Assembly (NCBI GenBank): GCA_018063245.1
Contig: JAGPBS010000001.1
Span: forward strand, 8 to 64,007
Length of the DNA: 64,000 nucleotides
From: Alphaproteobacteria bacterium
GTDB taxonomy: Bacteria > Pseudomonadota > Alphaproteobacteria > JAGPBS01
Reading direction: 5' to 3'
Below are positions 36,448 through 45,425 of the stretch, piece after piece; position 1 is the first letter of the stretch; each line of letters starts with the position of its first letter. The position numbers and the translations under genes are program-made. The notes under the pieces are model-generated. The model did not search any database. It saw only the letters and a list, made by a program, of their open reading frames with translations, and had not been told where the DNA came from.

Positions 36448-37761
36448 CTAAAACTGAAAGTCTCTTGTTGGATACAAGGCTCTCATTTCTTGCCAAAGCT
36501 GTTTTATGTCAACTCCAATTTGGTTAAACCCAAGATTAAGGCTTGTCAGCGTCCTGTTCACTTTGAGAGCCTCAGCAAAAGCTTTTGCGCCTTTATCTCC
36601 AATTTTGTTGCACCCAAGATCAAGACTTGTCAGCGTCGTGTTCATGGTAAGGGCATAAGCAAGGGCTTTTGCGCCTTTATCTCCAATTTGGTTAAACCCA
36701 AGATGAAGACTTGTAAGCGTCTCGTTCATATCAAGAGCCTTTGCAAGAGCTTTTGCACCTTTATCTCCAATTTCGTTAGCATTAAGATGAAAGCTTGTTA
36801 ATGTTTCGTTCTCTTTGAGGGCATCAGCAAATACTCTTGCATCTTCGTCTCTCATTTGAGCAGATACAATTTCAAAGCTTGTCAGTGTCTTGTTTATTTT
36901 AAGAGCGTCAGCAAACAATATTGCGCCTTCGTGCCCAATATTATTCATTACAAGTTCAAATCTTTTCAGGGTCTCGTTTTCTTTCAGAGCCTCAGCTAGG
37001 GTTCGTGCCCCTTCAGCTTTAACTTCGTTAAGTCCAAGATAAAGGCTTGTCAGCGTTCGGTTCTCTTTGAGGGCATCAGCAAGCACCTGTGCGCCTTCAT
37101 CTCCAACTGAATTGTCTTCAAGCTCAAGATTTGTGAGCGTTTTATTCACTTTAAGAAAACCTGCAAGTACTTCTGTGCCCGTAGTATTCATTTTATAAAA
37201 GATTTTGATCTGCGTGATAAAAGTCTGCTTTTGGAACATGACAGAAAGCTCTTCTTGATTTTGGATCTCGAAGAGATACCAGAGCCCGAACATTTCGTAG
37301 AGGGTGATATCTTTAGAATGAGCCACTGTTTTTGAAAGAAAATCTTCCAATTTCATGAATGGCATTCTATTTTCTGCCACTTTTTGAATGATTGGTTTCA
37401 TGTAAGAATTGAAGATGTCAGCATCAAAGACAGCCTCTGTCGAACAGAGCATTTTGATTTCTTGAAAAAGAGGGAGAAAAGCATCAAATGTCTGAGCTTC
37501 TCTCAGTTTTTGCTCTATTGTTGGTTGAAGGAGCCTCATCTTGATATCCAATGTCAATAGAGTGTTTTGAATGGTTCCCACTCTTTCAGCAAGTGGTAAC
37601 TTATTGAACTCACCCAATTGATATGTAAAAGCAATGTCAGATAATTTAGGGATTTGCTTTCCTACGACTGCTTGAATTGAGTGTGTCCTTTGCTCTTGGA
37701 GTCCAGCGGTTGAACTGAGTTCTTTTAGTGGATTTAAATGTGTCATGTCTGTATCTTTCAA
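36448..37761 (-). CDS. ribonuclease-inhibitor-type (RI-like) leucine-rich-repeat protein, eukaryote-like putative effector
   Basis: At least 10 tandem 28-aa repeats of the form LTSLxLGxNxIGDKGAKALAxALxxNxTLTSL. The plus-strand ORF 36490..36801 is the antisense of these repeats. The start is ambiguous (TTG at 37761 or ATG at 37746). Confidence 0.75.
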   Translation of the reverse strand: MKDTDMTHLNPLKELSSTAGLQEQRTHSIQAVVGKQIPKLSDIAFTYQLGEFNKLPLAERVGTIQNTLLTLDIKMRLLQPTIEQKLREAQTFDAFLPLFQEIKMLCSTEAVFDADIFNSYMKPIIQKVAENRMPFMKLEDFLSKTVAHSKDITLYEMFGLWYLFEIQNQEELSVMFQKQTFITQIKIFYKMNTTGTEVLAGFLKVNKTLTNLELEDNSVGDEGAQVLADALKENRTLTSLYLGLNEVKAEGARTLAEALKENETLKRFELVMNNIGHEGAILFADALKINKTLTSFEIVSAQMRDEDARVFADALKENETLTSFHLNANEIGDKGAKALAKALDMNETLTSLHLGFNQIGDKGAKALAYALTMNTTLTSLDLGCNKIGDKGAKAFAEALKVNRTLTSLNLGFNQIGVDIKQLWQEMRALYPTRDFQF

Positions 37762-37888
37762 GTTATAAGAGGTCTATAAAATATATTTTGCAAAGAATGC
37801 ACCAACTCAATTGTATTTGCAATCAATATTGAAACAATTTTGCAGAATAGATTCATAAACCTGCTGTGAATAGAATTCGCCAGATCAG

Positions 37889-38590
37889 TTACTTCTTCAC
37901 AGCAGGTTTAAATCTCTTATCCAGAAATTGTGAGGCCTTGACGATGCCTTCATATGAAATGCCGTGGTCTAATTGAGGGCAGCTGAGTGTTTCAGTTGGA
38001 ATGCCAAGGCCAGTTAAGCTATCCTTGGCTTTTGAGAGTTCACTGAAAGGCACAACGGAATCATCTTGCCCATGAATCAGGAGCGTTGGTGTTTTAGAGA
38101 TGATTTCTGAGCCGAATTCAGGCCTATGGAGGAATGAACCGGAAAATCCAACGATGCCGCCAAGCGGCTCTTTGCGACGAAGTGCTGTGTGCAAGGCCAT
38201 CATGGTGCCCTGAGAAAAGCCAACAAGAATAAGATCGTTGCTTTTGAGATCGTAGGTTTCAAGCATTTCATCAATGTACTTATCGAGGACAGGCGCTGCA
38301 ATCTGAGCCCCTTGAAACATATTCTCAAAGTCTCTTTTTTGGAGTGAAAACCACTGGCGGCCAAAAGGAGCGAGTTCAAAAGGAAAAGGCGCATCTGGTG
38401 AAGCAAAAAGACAATCTTTCCAGAACGCATGCTCTTTGAAAGATTCTGAAAGGGAAATGAGATCCTGACCATCAGCGCCGTAACCGTGCAGGAAAATGAC
38501 CATATGCCGGATATCACTTGATTGAGGTTCAAGGATAGGGCCATCTAATGTTGGCAGTGCTTTTACATTTTGCATTTGGATAGGAGACAT
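37889..38590 (-). CDS. phospholipase/carboxylesterase-family alpha/beta hydrolase
   Basis: GFSQGTMMAL nucleophile elbow (GxSxG) and LLIHGQDDSVVPF. SD AGAGGTG precedes the start. It lies 17 bp downstream of the GDSL lipase gene. Confidence 0.8.
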   Translation of the reverse strand: MSPIQMQNVKALPTLDGPILEPQSSDIRHMVIFLHGYGADGQDLISLSESFKEHAFWKDCLFASPDAPFPFELAPFGRQWFSLQKRDFENMFQGAQIAAPVLDKYIDEMLETYDLKSNDLILVGFSQGTMMALHTALRRKEPLGGIVGFSGSFLHRPEFGSEIISKTPTLLIHGQDDSVVPFSELSKAKDSLTGLGIPTETLSCPQLDHGISYEGIVKASQFLDKRFKPAVKK

Positions 38591-38607
38591 AAAACACCTC
38601 TGATTGT

Positions 38608-40521
38608 CTAGAATTCAAGTGCGTAATGGACTTGAATTTGCTTCTCACGAGAATGCGCTTTATTGTCAGAAAAATCAAGATTGAAAAACAAACCTCCTAT
38701 TTTTTCAAAGGCGAGATCAGCTTCATAATGCATGTTCACAAATTGATTCTGAGATTGATTTTTAAAGGAGGCACGGCTGCGATCAAACTGATAGGCATGT
38801 TGACTTTCTGCAGTGCTGTGCGTGAGGCCTAATTTTAGATGATGGCTCAAAAAACCAAGGTGTGTTTTTTGAGATGGTAAGAAAAACTGTCCGCCAAGAC
38901 TGTATGCTTCTTTCTTGTAGCTTTGATTTTTTTCAGTAAGAGATGAACAGGATCCACTATTCAAGCGATCATGATGATGAGATGAAAACTCAACAAGAGG
39001 GCCATAAAGAAAATGTCCATTTGTCATCAGTGATCCCATTTCAATAAAGATATTTTGACTCTGTCCCCGATGCGAGCTTGAATCCTTGCCGTAAGATTGC
39101 CTGCCGAGGCTGAGTCCCCAATCAAGATAATGTGTGGTTTTGGCCTTTGATAGATAATCGATAGATCCCGAGATGCCGACTTCTTGATGGGACAGAGAGG
39201 TTGAAGATGAGAGATTTGAATCCGCAATATGCGTAAAGGCACCGATGGAAAATGTATTATTCAATTGATAGTTCAGATGAACCCGGTGCGCATCAAGCGA
39301 TTTGGATCCTTTGTGTTTTTCACGCTCTTGAAAGGAGAGGGGTTTTTCAAGGGCTGTTGATTGCGCGCTGATCAAGAGAGTATTTTGCGTTGAATCATTC
39401 TGATTTAACTGTGCATAAATTGATTTTTGAGTCACCGAAGGAGATTGCCTGCGCAGTCCTTTTCCATCAAGACTTCGAGAGAGCCGCTTTTGCTGAATGG
39501 GTGATAGAACAAGGCTTTTTGTTTGCGCTTCAAGTTGATCCATCAGAGGAAGAAACGTATCGTTTTTACTCAATTTTTTAGCTTCTTCAAAAGCTTTTTG
39601 AGAAAGATAATAATGAACGGCCGCTGATGGATGGACATCATCTGCATAAAACCAAGCGCCATCAATTTTGCCATCTTGACGATTGAGAGCATCCGTTGTG
39701 TTTGAAAAGCCATAGTGCTCAGGATCAGCGAGCATCGCCTCAATGCTTGAAAAAATATCCACAATTTCAATGCCTTGTTCGGGGCCTAAATTTTCTCTGA
39801 GTGTTGCAACGGAAGCCGAGAGCGCCTGATTATGGCTGACAGAAAATTGTCTCATGATTCGCTTGAGATTATCGACTTCTTTTTGTGTTAAGTTTGGGAA
39901 GAGTTCTGAGATTCTTTTGATAATGGGTGTTTTTGAAAAATCAGGTAAGTTGGCAATTAAGAGAGAATCTGCGCCCGCATTTAAAAGTGTTTCCATACCT
40001 TGTGATATGTTTTGAACAGATTCTGTTACGTGAGAGCGAAATTTAGAGGCGAAGTCTTGAATCGCCTCAGGACTTTTTGATGTTGCCATGAGTTGATAAA
40101 ATCGAGGATTTTGGAAGAGGCTTAGATAATCATTTGCGCCTGCATATAAAAGGATGAGATCTGTTGATTTAGGATCATGCTCATTGGTAAAGAGTCCAAT
40201 TTGTTGAGTCAGCATTGGTACTGGAGATTTTAAAAGGGCACCAAAACTTGCATGAGGTCCTGTGAGAGCGCCACCAAAAGCATAATTGAGAACTTGTTCA
40301 TTTGACATATTGAGGGAGCTTTTCAAATGATCAATATAGATAGGTCCATTGGTAAAGCGCCCGCTCCATCTTTTGTCTTGATCAACGGGCTTCACATTTC
40401 CTGTATCGGAGAGGGAGTCTCCAAAGACGATCATTCTGTCAAAACCAGCCATTGCATTGTGTGATGTCATGGCGATGATAAGGGCGAAAAAAAACACCAG
40501 ATAGAATCTTACATAGACCAT
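38608..40521 (-). CDS. autotransporter SGNH/GDSL lipase-esterase (EstA/ApeE-like)
   Basis: Signal peptide, GDSL block I FGDSLSDTGN, block V DDVHPSAAVH, and a C-terminal beta-barrel ending ...HYALEF. Strong SD AAGGAGAG precedes the ATG at 40521 (the ORF track extends to 40554). Confidence 0.85.
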   Translation of the reverse strand: MVYVRFYLVFFFALIIAMTSHNAMAGFDRMIVFGDSLSDTGNVKPVDQDKRWSGRFTNGPIYIDHLKSSLNMSNEQVLNYAFGGALTGPHASFGALLKSPVPMLTQQIGLFTNEHDPKSTDLILLYAGANDYLSLFQNPRFYQLMATSKSPEAIQDFASKFRSHVTESVQNISQGMETLLNAGADSLLIANLPDFSKTPIIKRISELFPNLTQKEVDNLKRIMRQFSVSHNQALSASVATLRENLGPEQGIEIVDIFSSIEAMLADPEHYGFSNTTDALNRQDGKIDGAWFYADDVHPSAAVHYYLSQKAFEEAKKLSKNDTFLPLMDQLEAQTKSLVLSPIQQKRLSRSLDGKGLRRQSPSVTQKSIYAQLNQNDSTQNTLLISAQSTALEKPLSFQEREKHKGSKSLDAHRVHLNYQLNNTFSIGAFTHIADSNLSSSTSLSHQEVGISGSIDYLSKAKTTHYLDWGLSLGRQSYGKDSSSHRGQSQNIFIEMGSLMTNGHFLYGPLVEFSSHHHDRLNSGSCSSLTEKNQSYKKEAYSLGGQFFLPSQKTHLGFLSHHLKLGLTHSTAESQHAYQFDRSRASFKNQSQNQFVNMHYEADLAFEKIGGLFFNLDFSDNKAHSREKQIQVHYALEF

Positions 40522-40562
40522 CTTTCTCTCCTTAATCGTAGAATCAGGAATCAACTCTAAGG

Positions 40563-41288
40563 CTATTGTCCTTTTGCAGGATTTGCTGTTGTGTTTTCAG
40601 CAGAAGCAGGTTTTGTGTCAGCTGGTGTTGTCTTTGCTGCCGCTGGAGAACTTGTTGCAACGCCTTTGATTTCGCCTGTCTTTACGGTTTTATCTTTAAT
40701 CACAACTTTACCATTGCCGCTTTCAAAAGTGATTGAACCTGTGATATCTGTTTTGCCTTTTAGCTCAACAATTTGCTGTTTTGTGGCATCAGTACTTTTT
40801 TTGATCAGAATCGATTCTGCTTTACAATTGCTCAGTTCCATTTTTTCAACTTCAGCAATGATTGCTTTGAAGGTTGAATCTTCAGCGTCAAATTCACCTG
40901 AAGCTGTCACGGTGTCACCAAAAGTTGATTTTTTAATCTTTGTGTTGCCGTTTATGGTCGTTTGTTTTGTAATTGAGACTGATTCAAGTTCAGTGTCGCC
41001 ATTGCTTGTAAAAGAGCCAGTAAAACTTGACTTTTCAACTTCTGTTTTACCGTTAAAGGTTCCATCTTGTAATTCTGAGTCTTTAATATCTGCATCACCC
41101 ATAGATGTGAGTGATTGTGCCAGTTTGCTTTTGTCAATTTTCAAGCGACCCATAGAAGTGACAGCCTCTTGAAATGTTTGATTTTTAAGCTCAGCATCGC
41201 CCATAAATTGAGCAGGGCCTGCATAGCTTGCTAAAGGGCTAAAGGCAATGAGTGAAACACTGAGAAGAAGAGATTTAGAAAAAGACAT
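40563..41288 (-). CDS. secreted repeat protein (GD-x-[ED]-[LI]-K...TF repeats; possible beta-helical fold)
   Basis: Signal peptide MSFSKSLLLSVSLIAFSPLASYA with SD AAGGAG. Repeated MGDAELKNQTF / MGDADIKDSELQDGTF / NGDTELESVSI / SGEFDAEDSTF. It lies 8 bp upstream of the lipase gene. Confidence 0.55.
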   Translation of the reverse strand: MSFSKSLLLSVSLIAFSPLASYAGPAQFMGDAELKNQTFQEAVTSMGRLKIDKSKLAQSLTSMGDADIKDSELQDGTFNGKTEVEKSSFTGSFTSNGDTELESVSITKQTTINGNTKIKKSTFGDTVTASGEFDAEDSTFKAIIAEVEKMELSNCKAESILIKKSTDATKQQIVELKGKTDITGSITFESGNGKVVIKDKTVKTGEIKGVATSSPAAAKTTPADTKPASAENTTANPAKGQ

Positions 41289-41362
41289 AGAAGAACTCCT
41301 TTATTGATTTTATTTGTTATTTGGTATTCTCTTTTTACGAAATGTTCACCCTGAATGCAATT

Positions 41363-42097
41363 TTATTTTTTTCGTTTTGCGGGGGTGGGTTTTTTTGTTC
41401 GGCGACCTGTGAGAATATTGATTGTCTCGACCGCAAGCGAGAAGCCCATCGCAAAATAGAGATAGGCTTTTGGAATCTTAAGGCTGAAGGCATCAATCAC
41501 AAGTAAGAATCCAATCATCAAAACAAAGGCAATGGCTAGAATTTTTAAGGTCGGGTACTTATCAATAAAGTGAGCAATTGAGCTTGATGCAAAAACCATG
41601 AAAAACATGGCAACCGTCATTGCAACAATAATGATGCCGATATTATTGGTAAGACCAATCGCCGTTGCGACAGAATCAAATGAAAAGACAAGATCAATGA
41701 TAATGATTTGAAATATTGTGCTCATCATACCACCCTTGAATTTTCTGAGGTCTTGATCGTGCTGTTTTGTGATTTCTTCATGAAGGCTTGTCGTTGCTTT
41801 GCTAATGAGGAAAAGACCACCAGCTAACATTAACAAATCGCGGGCTGAGAAATGCATATCCAAAACTGAAAAAAGAGGCGCTTGATGTTCCATCACCCAC
41901 CCAATGCCCATGAGCATGATGATACGCATAATCAAAGCAAGAGACAGACCAATAAGGCGGGCTTTTCGGCGATCTTCTGCGGGCAAATGCTGAATGACAA
42001 GGGCAATAAAAATAATATTATCAATCCCTAAAACAATTTCAAGGAAGCTGAGGGTTAAAAAACTTGCCCATATATTGGCGTCAAATAAAAAATCCAT
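41363..42097 (-). CDS. TerC-family integral membrane protein
   Basis: SFLEIVLGIDNIIFIALVIQHLP TerC signature, ~7 TM helices. Confidence 0.8.
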   Translation of the reverse strand: MDFLFDANIWASFLTLSFLEIVLGIDNIIFIALVIQHLPAEDRRKARLIGLSLALIMRIIMLMGIGWVMEHQAPLFSVLDMHFSARDLLMLAGGLFLISKATTSLHEEITKQHDQDLRKFKGGMMSTIFQIIIIDLVFSFDSVATAIGLTNNIGIIIVAMTVAMFFMVFASSSIAHFIDKYPTLKILAIAFVLMIGFLLVIDAFSLKIPKAYLYFAMGFSLAVETINILTGRRTKKPTPAKRKK

Positions 42098-42296
42098 CTG
42101 TCATTCCTCGTTTTGTTAAATCAACCCTTGCCTCAGTCCCATTTTTCTGGCAGATTTAGTTTGCCCTATTTTTATTAGGTGGGGAAGAGAAGAATATTTA
42201 ACAAAACTTTACTTTTTGATTCGATTTTTGGTTGAGAAAATAATGCATCTGTCAATGAAAAAAATTGCACGCTTACGAAAAAAAAGAGATGACGAT

Positions 42297-42346
42297 ACCA
42301 CGATATGTAGTATATCATTTTAAGAATGATCACAATATATAGTGTC
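42297..42346 (+). promoter_or_regulatory. tandem NrdR boxes upstream of nrdA
   Basis: Box 1 is TCACAATATATAGTGT (42330-42345), a near-perfect palindrome matching the NrdR-box consensus acaCwAtATaTwGtgt. Box 2 is ACCACGATATGTAGTAT (42297-42313), degenerate. Their centres are ~32 bp apart, and the ATG is at 42376. Confidence 0.6.
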
Positions 42347-42375
42347 TATAGAGATGAAAAGAAGAAATTGAGGGA

Positions 42376-44217
42376 ATGATGGCAGACGAGACAATGACAG
42401 GGATGTTTGATATTGCACAAACAAAAAAAGGCGCAAGACTAAGGAAAGATCCGTCACGTGATGCACTTTTAACAGAATTCGGAAAAGCAACGCTGATTGA
42501 TCGTTATTTAATGCCGGGTGAGTCTTTTCAGGATTTGTTTGCTCGTGTTGCGCTTGCTTATGCTGACAATAGTGAACATGCTCAGCGTCTTTATGACTAT
42601 ATTAGTCGTTTTTGGTTTATGCCGGCAACGCCAGTCCTCAGTAATGGGGGAACAGAGCGTGGTTTGCCAATCTCATGCTTTTTGAATGAAGCAGACGATA
42701 GCTTGAAAGGCATTGTTGATTTATGGAATGAGAATGTTTGGCTTGCCTCACTTGGTGGCGGTATCGGCAGCTATTGGGGGAATTTACGCTCAATTGGTGA
42801 AACAGTCAGAGGCAATGGAAAGACATCTGGTATTATTCCTTTCATTCGCGTGATGGATAGTTTGACTTTGGCAATTAGCCAAGGGAGTTTGCGCCGTGGA
42901 TCGGCTGCTTGCTATTTACCAGTGTGGCATCCTGAAATTGAAGAATTTGTTGAGATGAGGCGTCCAACAGGGGGCGATCCAAATCGAAAAGCATTGAATC
43001 TGCACCATGGTATTGTTCTTTCAGATGCCTTTATGAGAGCTGTTGAAAATGATGAAGAATGGGCGCTCTTGAGTCCGAAAGATCATTCTGTGATTCGTAA
43101 AATCAGTGCACGTGATTTGTGGATTCGTATATTAACAGCGCGTGTTGAGACAGGCGAGCCTTACATGCTCTTTATTGATCATGTGAATCGTGCAATACCA
43201 GAGCATCACAAGATAGCTGGTCTGAATGTGAAAATGTCAAACTTGTGCAGTGAAATTACATTGCCAACGGGTATTGATCCCTATGGGAAAAAGAGAACAG
43301 CTGTTTGCTGTTTATCATCACTCAATTTAGAAACATTCGAAGAATGGAAAGACCATCCAACTTTCATTGAAGATACAATGCGTTTCTTAGATAATGTTTT
43401 ATCAGACTTCATTAAAAAAGCACCTGATGCCATGTCTGCAGCGAAATATGCAGCTGAGCGTGAGAGATCTGTTGGATTGGGCGTGATGGGTTTCCACTCA
43501 TTTTTACAATCCAAAAATATCCCTTTTGAATCTGCGATGGCAAAAGCTTGGAATAACCGAATTTTTGCTCACATTCGTAAGCAAGCCAATGATGCATCGC
43601 AGCTTTTAGCAGAAGAAAAAGGTGCTTGTCCAGATGCTGCTCAATATGGATATGATGAAAGATTCTCAAATAAAATCGCGATTGCGCCAACGGCATCAAT
43701 CTCAATTATTTGTGGCGGAACATCACCAGGAATCGAGCCAAATGCAGCAAATGCCTTTACGCATAAAACTTTGTCAGGATCGTTCCCTGTCCGTAATAAG
43801 TATTTGAAAAAATTACTGGCCGAGAAGGGTGAGGATAATGAAGACACATGGTCTTCAATCACAACAACTGGTGGATCTGTTCAACATTTAGATTTTCTGT
43901 CTGATGATGAAAAGTCTGTCTTTAAGACCGCCTTTGAGCTTGATCAAAGATGGCTGATTGATTTGGCTGCGGATCGGACGCCGCATATTTGTCAGGCACA
44001 GTCATTGAATCTTTTCATGCCTGCAAATATTCATAAAAGAGATTTGCACCAGATTCATATGATGGCCTGGAAAAGAGGTGTAAAGTCTCTCTATTATGTG
44101 AGATCTCAATCCATTCAACGTGCTGAATCAAAAAGCTCTAGTAATCTAGGGAAAGCTCAGCAAGAGGCGCCGAAAGTGGAATTGAAAGATTACGAAGAGT
44201 GCCTTGCTTGTCAATAA
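42376..44217 (+). CDS. nrdA: ribonucleoside-diphosphate reductase alpha subunit (class I, short form without recognisable ATP-cone)
   Basis: Active-site NLCSEI and radical-transfer regions, C-terminal CLACQ cysteine pair, 613 aa. Confidence 0.9.
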   Translation: MMADETMTGMFDIAQTKKGARLRKDPSRDALLTEFGKATLIDRYLMPGESFQDLFARVALAYADNSEHAQRLYDYISRFWFMPATPVLSNGGTERGLPISCFLNEADDSLKGIVDLWNENVWLASLGGGIGSYWGNLRSIGETVRGNGKTSGIIPFIRVMDSLTLAISQGSLRRGSAACYLPVWHPEIEEFVEMRRPTGGDPNRKALNLHHGIVLSDAFMRAVENDEEWALLSPKDHSVIRKISARDLWIRILTARVETGEPYMLFIDHVNRAIPEHHKIAGLNVKMSNLCSEITLPTGIDPYGKKRTAVCCLSSLNLETFEEWKDHPTFIEDTMRFLDNVLSDFIKKAPDAMSAAKYAAERERSVGLGVMGFHSFLQSKNIPFESAMAKAWNNRIFAHIRKQANDASQLLAEEKGACPDAAQYGYDERFSNKIAIAPTASISIICGGTSPGIEPNAANAFTHKTLSGSFPVRNKYLKKLLAEKGEDNEDTWSSITTTGGSVQHLDFLSDDEKSVFKTAFELDQRWLIDLAADRTPHICQAQSLNLFMPANIHKRDLHQIHMMAWKRGVKSLYYVRSQSIQRAESKSSSNLGKAQQEAPKVELKDYEECLACQ

Positions 44218-44264
44218 GGCGAAAGCGATTATTTTAACATACAATTAAATGAACTGAGGAGATA

Positions 44265-45287
44265 TTGATGTCAGCCCCAAAAAATGAAGATCAGATTGAA
44301 GTTGGATCAGGCGCTTGCCGCTTAATGACCCCGAATCCTGTTTATAAGCCATTTTATTACCCATGGGCTTATGAGGCTTGGATGATGCAGCAACGAATTC
44401 ATTGGCTTCCTGAAGAAGTGCCTTTGGCAGACGATGTAAAAGATTGGCAAAAAAATCTAACACCGATTGAGAAAAATCTTCTGACTCAGATTTTCCGTTT
44501 CTTTACACAAGCTGACGTTGAAGTCAATAACTGCTATATGAAGCATTATTCAAAAGTCTTTATGCCAACAGAGATTCAAATGATGCTCGCCGCTTTTTCA
44601 AATATGGAAACAATCCACGTTGCTGCTTATTCTCATTTGCTTGATACAGTGGGAATGCCTGAAATTGAGTATTCTTCTTTCTTGAAATACAAGGAAATGA
44701 AAGACAAGTATGATTATATGCATGAATTTTCTGTAGAAAATCCACACGAAATTGCAAAAACACTCGCTGTTTTTGGTGCTTTTACAGAAGGTCTTCAACT
44801 TTTTGCATCATTTGCGATTTTGATGAACTTCCCACGTTTTAATAAAATGAAGGGGATGGGGCAAATTGTGACATGGTCTGTGCGTGATGAAACATTACAC
44901 ACCCACTCTATCATTCGCCTTTTCAAGACATTTGTGTATGAGAATCCAGATATTTGGACGCCCAAATTACAAGATGATTTGTATACAGCTTGCCGTACGA
45001 TTATTGAACATGAAGATGCCTTTATTGATTTGGCATTTGAATTTGGTGAAGTTCAAGGGTTGAATGCACAAGAAGTAAAAGATTATATTCGTTACATTGC
45101 GGATCGTCGCTTGGATCAGTTGGGTCTTGAGCCAATCTATGGTGCTAAGAAAAATCCTTTGCCATGGATGGATGAAATGCTCAATGGTATCGAGCATGCG
45201 AACTTCTTTGAAAATAGAGCAACAGAATATACGAAAGCTGCAACCCAAGGGTCTTGGGAAGATGCTTTTGCTGTTCTCGTTCAGTAA
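44265..45287 (+). CDS. nrdB: ribonucleoside-diphosphate reductase beta subunit
   Basis: Di-iron ligands (…EAWMMQQRIHW…, …ETIHVAAYSHLL…) with the radical Tyr present. 340 aa. Confidence 0.9.
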   Translation: MMSAPKNEDQIEVGSGACRLMTPNPVYKPFYYPWAYEAWMMQQRIHWLPEEVPLADDVKDWQKNLTPIEKNLLTQIFRFFTQADVEVNNCYMKHYSKVFMPTEIQMMLAAFSNMETIHVAAYSHLLDTVGMPEIEYSSFLKYKEMKDKYDYMHEFSVENPHEIAKTLAVFGAFTEGLQLFASFAILMNFPRFNKMKGMGQIVTWSVRDETLHTHSIIRLFKTFVYENPDIWTPKLQDDLYTACRTIIEHEDAFIDLAFEFGEVQGLNAQEVKDYIRYIADRRLDQLGLEPIYGAKKNPLPWMDEMLNGIEHANFFENRATEYTKAATQGSWEDAFAVLVQ

Positions 45288-45311
45288 TATCAAATACCAT
45301 TTTAAAATGAC

Positions 45312-45346
45312 GGCACCGCCATCTTACAGGATGGCGGTTGTTTTTT
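45312..45346 (+). terminator. rho-independent terminator after nrdB
   Basis: Stem ACCGCCATC / GATGGCGGT, loop TTACAG, then TGTTTTTT. Confidence 0.7.
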
Positions 45347-45425
45347 GACTTAATTATTCTGCAATCATTTCTGTGCTATTTTTGTTTCATAATGCGTTGT
45401 CCTAGAGTGATGAAGGGAAAAGCCA

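Noticed and set aside
36490-36801. 103-aa plus-strand ORF with internal repeats (KIKACQRPVH…)
   Set aside because: It is the antisense reading of the RI-type LRR repeats of the minus-strand LRR gene. The repeats are periodic simply because the sense repeats are.
40591-41172. 193-aa plus-strand ORF opposite the secreted repeat protein gene
   Set aside because: It is antisense to a gene with signal peptide and strong SD, has no RBS, and is the mirror of repetitive sequence.
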